Origin: Pseudobdellovibrionaceae bacterium
Lineage (GTDB): Bacteria; Bdellovibrionota; Bdellovibrionia; Bdellovibrionales; UBA1609
Assembly: GCA_030591685.1 (NCBI GenBank)
Contig: JAUVAX010000018.1
Coordinates: 1-43,223, forward strand
Direction: 5' to 3'
Length of the DNA stretch: 43,223 nt
Part shown: one piece after another, positions 39,112 to 43,223 of the stretch
Layout: the number at the start of each line of letters is the position of its first letter
How positions within the stretch are numbered: the stretch's first letter is position 1
Made by a program: the position numbers and the translations under genes
Notes under the pieces: model-generated
The model's input: only the letters and a program-made list of their open reading frames with translations
Database searches by the model: none
What the model was told of the DNA's origin: nothing

Positions 39112-40383
39112 ATGCCGTTTAGAATACCTCGCCCAAAGGGCCTTACGAGCCAAATAATTTTCGCTATGATTTTAGGTCTAGCTGCAGGGTTAATACTCAA
39201 TGATATCGGAGGCGGAGGACAGGCCCAAAAATGGTTAACAGATGGGTTTTTACTTGTTGGTGGTAAAATTTTTATTTCTAGCCTAAAACTTTTAGTCGTA
39301 CCCCTTGTTTTTGTATCTTTAGTTTGCGGTACAGCAAGTTTAGACGACATCACTAAACTTGGGCGTGTCGGGGGTAAAACTCTGGGCTTATATCTTTTAA
39401 CCACAGCTATTGCGATTAGTATTGCCCTGGTCCTTGCACTGCTCATACAGCCCGGCGCTGGGTTTAACCTGCCAACGGATGTAACCTTTACAGCCAAGGC
39501 TGCACCGAGCCTTGTTCAAACAATTATAAATATTTTTCCAACAAACCCTGTTTGGGCCATGGCCAATGGCAAGATGCTTCAAATAATTGTGTTTTCTGTT
39601 CTTCTGGGTATGGCGATCACCCTCTCTGGAGAGCCCGGAAAACGAGTACTCCATTTCTTTAAAGACTTTAATGACGTCATCATGAAATTAGTTATGATGA
39701 TCATGCTTATTGCCCCCTACGGTGTTTTTTGCCTTATTGCACGGGTCTTTGCCGATCAAGGCATTAGCGCCATAGCACCACTTGCAAAGTACTTTTTTGT
39801 TGTACTGTTTGCACTGTTACTACACGTGAGTTGCACCTACTTTGGGTTACTTGCACTTTTAGGCCGATTAAACCCTATTCAGTTTTTCAAAAAATTTAAA
39901 AGTGTACCTATGTTTGCCTTTAGTACCGCCAGCAGTGGCGCCACTATCCCTGTCACACTTGAAAACGTTGAACACAAGCTTGGTGTAAAAAACTCTATTG
40001 CTTCGTTTACAATCCCTCTCGGGGCTACCATTAATATGGACGGCACAGCCATCATGCAGGGGGTTGCCACCATATTTATAGCACAAGCTTATGGGATTGC
40101 CCTGGGCGTTGACCAGTTACTTATGGTTATTGTTACAGCTACTTTGGCCTCTATTGGTACTGCGGCTGTGCCAGGAGTAGGGCTTATCACCCTGGCTATG
40201 GTTCTTAACCAAGTGGGTCTGCCCGTAGAGGGCATTGGACTTATTATAGGTGTGGATCGACTATTAGACATGGCTCGAACAGCAGTCAATGTCACAGGTG
40301 ACGCTGCTGTCACCTGCATTGTCGCCAAAACCGAAAAGTCTATGAATATGACAACCTTTAATAAACCTAATAATTTAAAATAA
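39112..40383 (+). CDS. Dicarboxylate/amino acid:cation symporter (start probably 39112)
   Basis: FSTASSGATIP, GATINMDGTA and DRLLDMARTAVNVTGD motifs. Confidence 0.93.
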   Translation: MPFRIPRPKGLTSQIIFAMILGLAAGLILNDIGGGGQAQKWLTDGFLLVGGKIFISSLKLLVVPLVFVSLVCGTASLDDITKLGRVGGKTLGLYLLTTAIAISIALVLALLIQPGAGFNLPTDVTFTAKAAPSLVQTIINIFPTNPVWAMANGKMLQIIVFSVLLGMAITLSGEPGKRVLHFFKDFNDVIMKLVMMIMLIAPYGVFCLIARVFADQGISAIAPLAKYFFVVLFALLLHVSCTYFGLLALLGRLNPIQFFKKFKSVPMFAFSTASSGATIPVTLENVEHKLGVKNSIASFTIPLGATINMDGTAIMQGVATIFIAQAYGIALGVDQLLMVIVTATLASIGTAAVPGVGLITLAMVLNQVGLPVEGIGLIIGVDRLLDMARTAVNVTGDAAVTCIVAKTEKSMNMTTFNKPNNLK

Positions 40384-40400
40384 CAGAGTCAGGTATAGTA

Positions 40401-40428
40401 AGTGAGGCTTTAAATAAAAAGCCTCACT
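40401..40428. terminator. Stem-loop between convergent genes
   Basis: AGTGAGGCTTT...AAAGCCTCACT. Confidence 0.75.
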
Positions 40429-40454
40429 ATTTATTATTTAATAGCACACACGAC

Positions 40455-42581
40455 TTACACAATCTCTATGGTCTCTATTTGGCCTTTATATAAATACCTC
40501 AAGCCAGTTTGGTCACAGTACTCAAGCACCTCTAAGTTATTAGAGGCCCCGGTCACTAAAATAGATTTATCTTTAATCTCAAGCTGCTCAATGATTTTAA
40601 TTCCATTAAGTTTTGAGTTGTCGAACTCATAATCAACCAAATATAACACCTCAGGCCCAAGGCTGTTAAGCTTACGCAGCTCATCTAAGTCTTCATCTGG
40701 GCTTGAAAAGTATTTTAGATCAACAGAGCAATGCTTTAGTTTTAACTGCCAGGCTTTAAATATTTCTTCATTATCATCGATCACAACAACAGTACTTATG
40801 TTTTTTAAAACAATTTGAGAAACATACCAGCTGGGCTTTCGGGTGATGGGTATCTCTATAACCACCTCAGTACCAACACCTTGCTTAGACTCAATGTAAA
40901 TCTGCCCCCCCCAACTTTCAATGAGGGCTTTTGCATGGTAGAGCCCCAGGCCCGTCCCTTGAAGTTTATTAAACGTGGCCTCTTTGCCGAACACAAAGGG
41001 GAGGTGGGTTTTACTAATTCCGCTCCCATTATCTTGAATGGATATAATATTATGAATTTTATTAGCCTCCAGGTGAACTAAAACCTGGCCCTGCCCACTC
41101 ATTGAATCCGTTGAGTTGTTAATTATATTCGACATAATCCTGTAAAGCTCGATGGCATCAATTTTTGAAAAAGTCAGTTGAGCCTCTGGCTCGATGGTTA
41201 AATTAAGTTCAATATTTGAGGCTACAGAGATTTGCATTATTTTCTCCTCAACCACCTCTTTTAACCTTTGAGCAATCACAACAGGCCTTGTTACGGCATT
41301 AGACACTAGGGTTGTTTGCTGCTTTTGAAGCTCATCACTTCGACTTAAAAGCTTGTTTGCTATCCCCTCAATGCGTTGAGTGACCGATTGTATTATACCA
41401 CGGGTTTCATCGGGGAGCCCCTTTGTGGCCTTAACCAAAATACTTAATGCTGAAAGCGGGGAACGTATATCATGAGCAATTTGTCTGTTGGACTCTGCTA
41501 TGCCACGCTCCCTCTCAATATGTATTTGCTCTTTTTGATAATTTTTTAATGATTTTACCATTTTATTTAAATTGTTTTCTAGCTGATTGATCTCCTTAGA
41601 GCCTGATTCGTTAAACCTATAGTTTAAATCATTAGTACTCATAATGTTCTTTAAGCCACTGTTTATATGGTCAATTTCTGATATTAAAAGTTTTGAGAGC
41701 CGCTGAGAGAGGATAAAACTAATAAACACAAGCGCCAAAAAAAGTACTGATGACACTTGTGCTGAGGTTATAATTTTTTGTTTCAGATTGTCCCTAGATA
41801 CATTCAGTACAAGTTTATAATAGTAATCACCCTTTGCATCCATCAGGCCCTTCTCTTTGCACTCGCAGCAGGTCCTCCCATTTTTAGTGGGGATAATTTT
41901 AATAAATACATCGTTACCCTGAGTGTCCGAGAGAACCCTGTTCTTAAACTCCTCACTTTTTTGCTCTGCCATTTTTTTACCAGAGGCCGTATACAAAGCC
42001 ATCCCGTTCAACTTTGGATTAAAGGAAAGTATATTTTTAAAAGCCTCCCCTAAGAAAAATGTTTGGCTGCCCATGTTTAAAACATATCTGCCAGATAATA
42101 TCGACTTTACTAAAAACTTATAGGTTTTATTTGTAATCCTTGAAGGCATAATGGGCGTTTCTACAATTTTTAAGTTTTTTACAAAAAAGTTTTTATACTC
42201 TTTGCACAGACTAAAAAGATTTATTTTATCTGTAGAAAATTTTTTGTTCGTATTTCTTACAAACTCACCCTTAGAGTTTGCAATGCCCATCCCCGAAACA
42301 GAAAATAGTTTTGAAATGTCCGATAGTTCTTTATTTGAAATCATTCCTTTTGATTTAATAGTCTCTTCTACATGAAAGGCGGTGGCCTCCATGATTGTTT
42401 TCATCATTTCTTCAAACTGAAGGATGTTTGACGTTATACCATTAGAAATAGCTGTATATTTTGATTGAAATTCATTTTGATGAGATTTTTTTAACTCCAC
42501 AAAAGTGTAAGCGGTGATAAAGCTACAAACAATAAGTGAGGTTATAAAGATTGATAAAAAAAGTTTTCTTGAGAGTTTCAT
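40455..42581 (-). CDS. Membrane sensor histidine kinase (HAMP, HisKA, HATPase, receiver-like C-terminus)
   Basis: IAHDIRSPL H-box, NIINNS, DNGSG, GTGLGL and VIDDN motifs. Confidence 0.9.
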   Translation of the reverse strand: MKLSRKLFLSIFITSLIVCSFITAYTFVELKKSHQNEFQSKYTAISNGITSNILQFEEMMKTIMEATAFHVEETIKSKGMISNKELSDISKLFSVSGMGIANSKGEFVRNTNKKFSTDKINLFSLCKEYKNFFVKNLKIVETPIMPSRITNKTYKFLVKSILSGRYVLNMGSQTFFLGEAFKNILSFNPKLNGMALYTASGKKMAEQKSEEFKNRVLSDTQGNDVFIKIIPTKNGRTCCECKEKGLMDAKGDYYYKLVLNVSRDNLKQKIITSAQVSSVLFLALVFISFILSQRLSKLLISEIDHINSGLKNIMSTNDLNYRFNESGSKEINQLENNLNKMVKSLKNYQKEQIHIERERGIAESNRQIAHDIRSPLSALSILVKATKGLPDETRGIIQSVTQRIEGIANKLLSRSDELQKQQTTLVSNAVTRPVVIAQRLKEVVEEKIMQISVASNIELNLTIEPEAQLTFSKIDAIELYRIMSNIINNSTDSMSGQGQVLVHLEANKIHNIISIQDNGSGISKTHLPFVFGKEATFNKLQGTGLGLYHAKALIESWGGQIYIESKQGVGTEVVIEIPITRKPSWYVSQIVLKNISTVVVIDDNEEIFKAWQLKLKHCSVDLKYFSSPDEDLDELRKLNSLGPEVLYLVDYEFDNSKLNGIKIIEQLEIKDKSILVTGASNNLEVLEYCDQTGLRYLYKGQIETIEIV

Positions 42582-42600
42582 GATGAATTCCTTACAGAAC

Positions 42601-42628
42601 TCATCGACAGTTTAGGCTTTAAATTTTA
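42601..42628 (-). promoter_or_regulatory. Putative sigma28 promoter of the kinase gene
   Basis: Minus strand TAAA-N16-GTCGATGA. Confidence 0.45.
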
Positions 42629-42776
42629 AAAAGAAATGTCTAAATTTCTGGGCTAAATACTCAGGCTATAAAGGGTCTTCTGCCCCCCTTTAGCACCCTT
42701 AAGATCAAGACTAAAGTCTAAATGCAAAAGGGTCAAAAACAGGAGTTTGAACCCTAAATAGTCATATTCTTTGTTA

Positions 42777-43094
42777 TTAACTTTCAGTGGGGTAGCCTGA
42801 GGCATGCCAAGCATCCATACCCAATTCAGCAATACATACAATATTTGTAAACCCTGAGCTCCTTAGTAACTCGGCGGCTCTTTGCGCCCTACCACCCATT
42901 TTACAGTGCACATAAATTGTTACATATTTTTTTAAATCTTCTAATTTTTCAGGCAATTGCCCTAACGGGATATTTAAGCTACTCGGCATATGCCCGCTGG
43001 CATACTCGTCTGGGTTCCTAACGTCTAAGATTATTTCTCCACTTTTAAGCTCATGTAGTTTTTCATGTAAATCATGAACTGATATTTTTGTCAC
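42777..43094 (-). CDS. Rhodanese-like sulfurtransferase
   Basis: LDVRNPDEYASGH and HCKMGGRA motifs; AGGAGGGG RBS. Confidence 0.92.
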   Translation of the reverse strand: MTKISVHDLHEKLHELKSGEIILDVRNPDEYASGHMPSSLNIPLGQLPEKLEDLKKYVTIYVHCKMGGRAQRAAELLRSSGFTNIVCIAELGMDAWHASGYPTES

Positions 43095-43111
43095 TCACCC
43101 CTCCTGTTTGT

Positions 43112-43223
43112 TTATTTAGTTATTTAGTTATTTAGTTATTTAGTTATTTAGTTATTTAGTTATTTAGTTATTTAGTTATTTAGTTATTTAGTTATTTAGT
43201 TATTTAGTTATTTAGTTATTTAG
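43112..43223. repeat. Perfect 8-bp tandem repeat (TTATTTAG)x14, running off the window end
   Basis: Read directly from the sequence. Confidence 0.97.

Noticed and set aside
666..42841. Numerous short antisense or overlapping ORFs (e.g. 26656-27126, 39060-39497, 2576-2953)
   Set aside because: Nearly all are shadows of well-supported genes, and none shows a recognisable motif.
1..43223. Impression that GGCC and AGCT tetramers are over-represented in host genes
   Set aside because: It cannot be quantified by eye; it needs a Markov-corrected k-mer count and may reflect codon usage.

Overview
A 43-kb AT-rich bacterial chromosome segment, most likely from a predatory Bdellovibrionota lineage. 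This is inferred from a 277-aa flagellin, an FQNC-type lipoprotein, many secreted hypothetical proteins, two L,D-transpeptidase-like genes and several FliA-like and sigma54-like promoters. It begins and ends in short tandem repeats, probably assembly breaks. Core genes include flagellin, dat, a PLD-family enzyme, a UbiB/ABC1 kinase, lexA, dapF, a PaaE-like oxidoreductase, a low-molecular-weight protein tyrosine phosphatase (LMW-PTP), a FadL-like porin, a ParA-family ATPase, sodB, Hsp20, cls, a dicarboxylate/amino acid symporter, a histidine kinase and a rhodanese. I found no rRNA, tRNA, CRISPR array, integrase or transposase. The most striking structure is two integrase-free cargo cassettes, each bracketed by a diverged duplicate of a host gene's 3' end. 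The ubiB-end copies (9357-9610 / 10812-11064) flank one secreted-protein gene. The LMW-PTP-end copies (17864-17986 / 20938-21060) flank an HEXXH peptidase-lipoprotein pair and an HTH-MntA/HepT toxin-antitoxin, and a Fic gene follows. A related GGTGCC..CTGAATT palindrome lies at junctions of both cassettes. Other notable items are an unannotated 31-aa membrane peptide gene behind flagellin, an 11-bp-periodic CTTAC repeat over the lexA promoter, operator arrays before fic and the toxin-antitoxin, and G9 tracts in Shine-Dalgarno position. All product calls come from motif recognition by eye, not from database searches.
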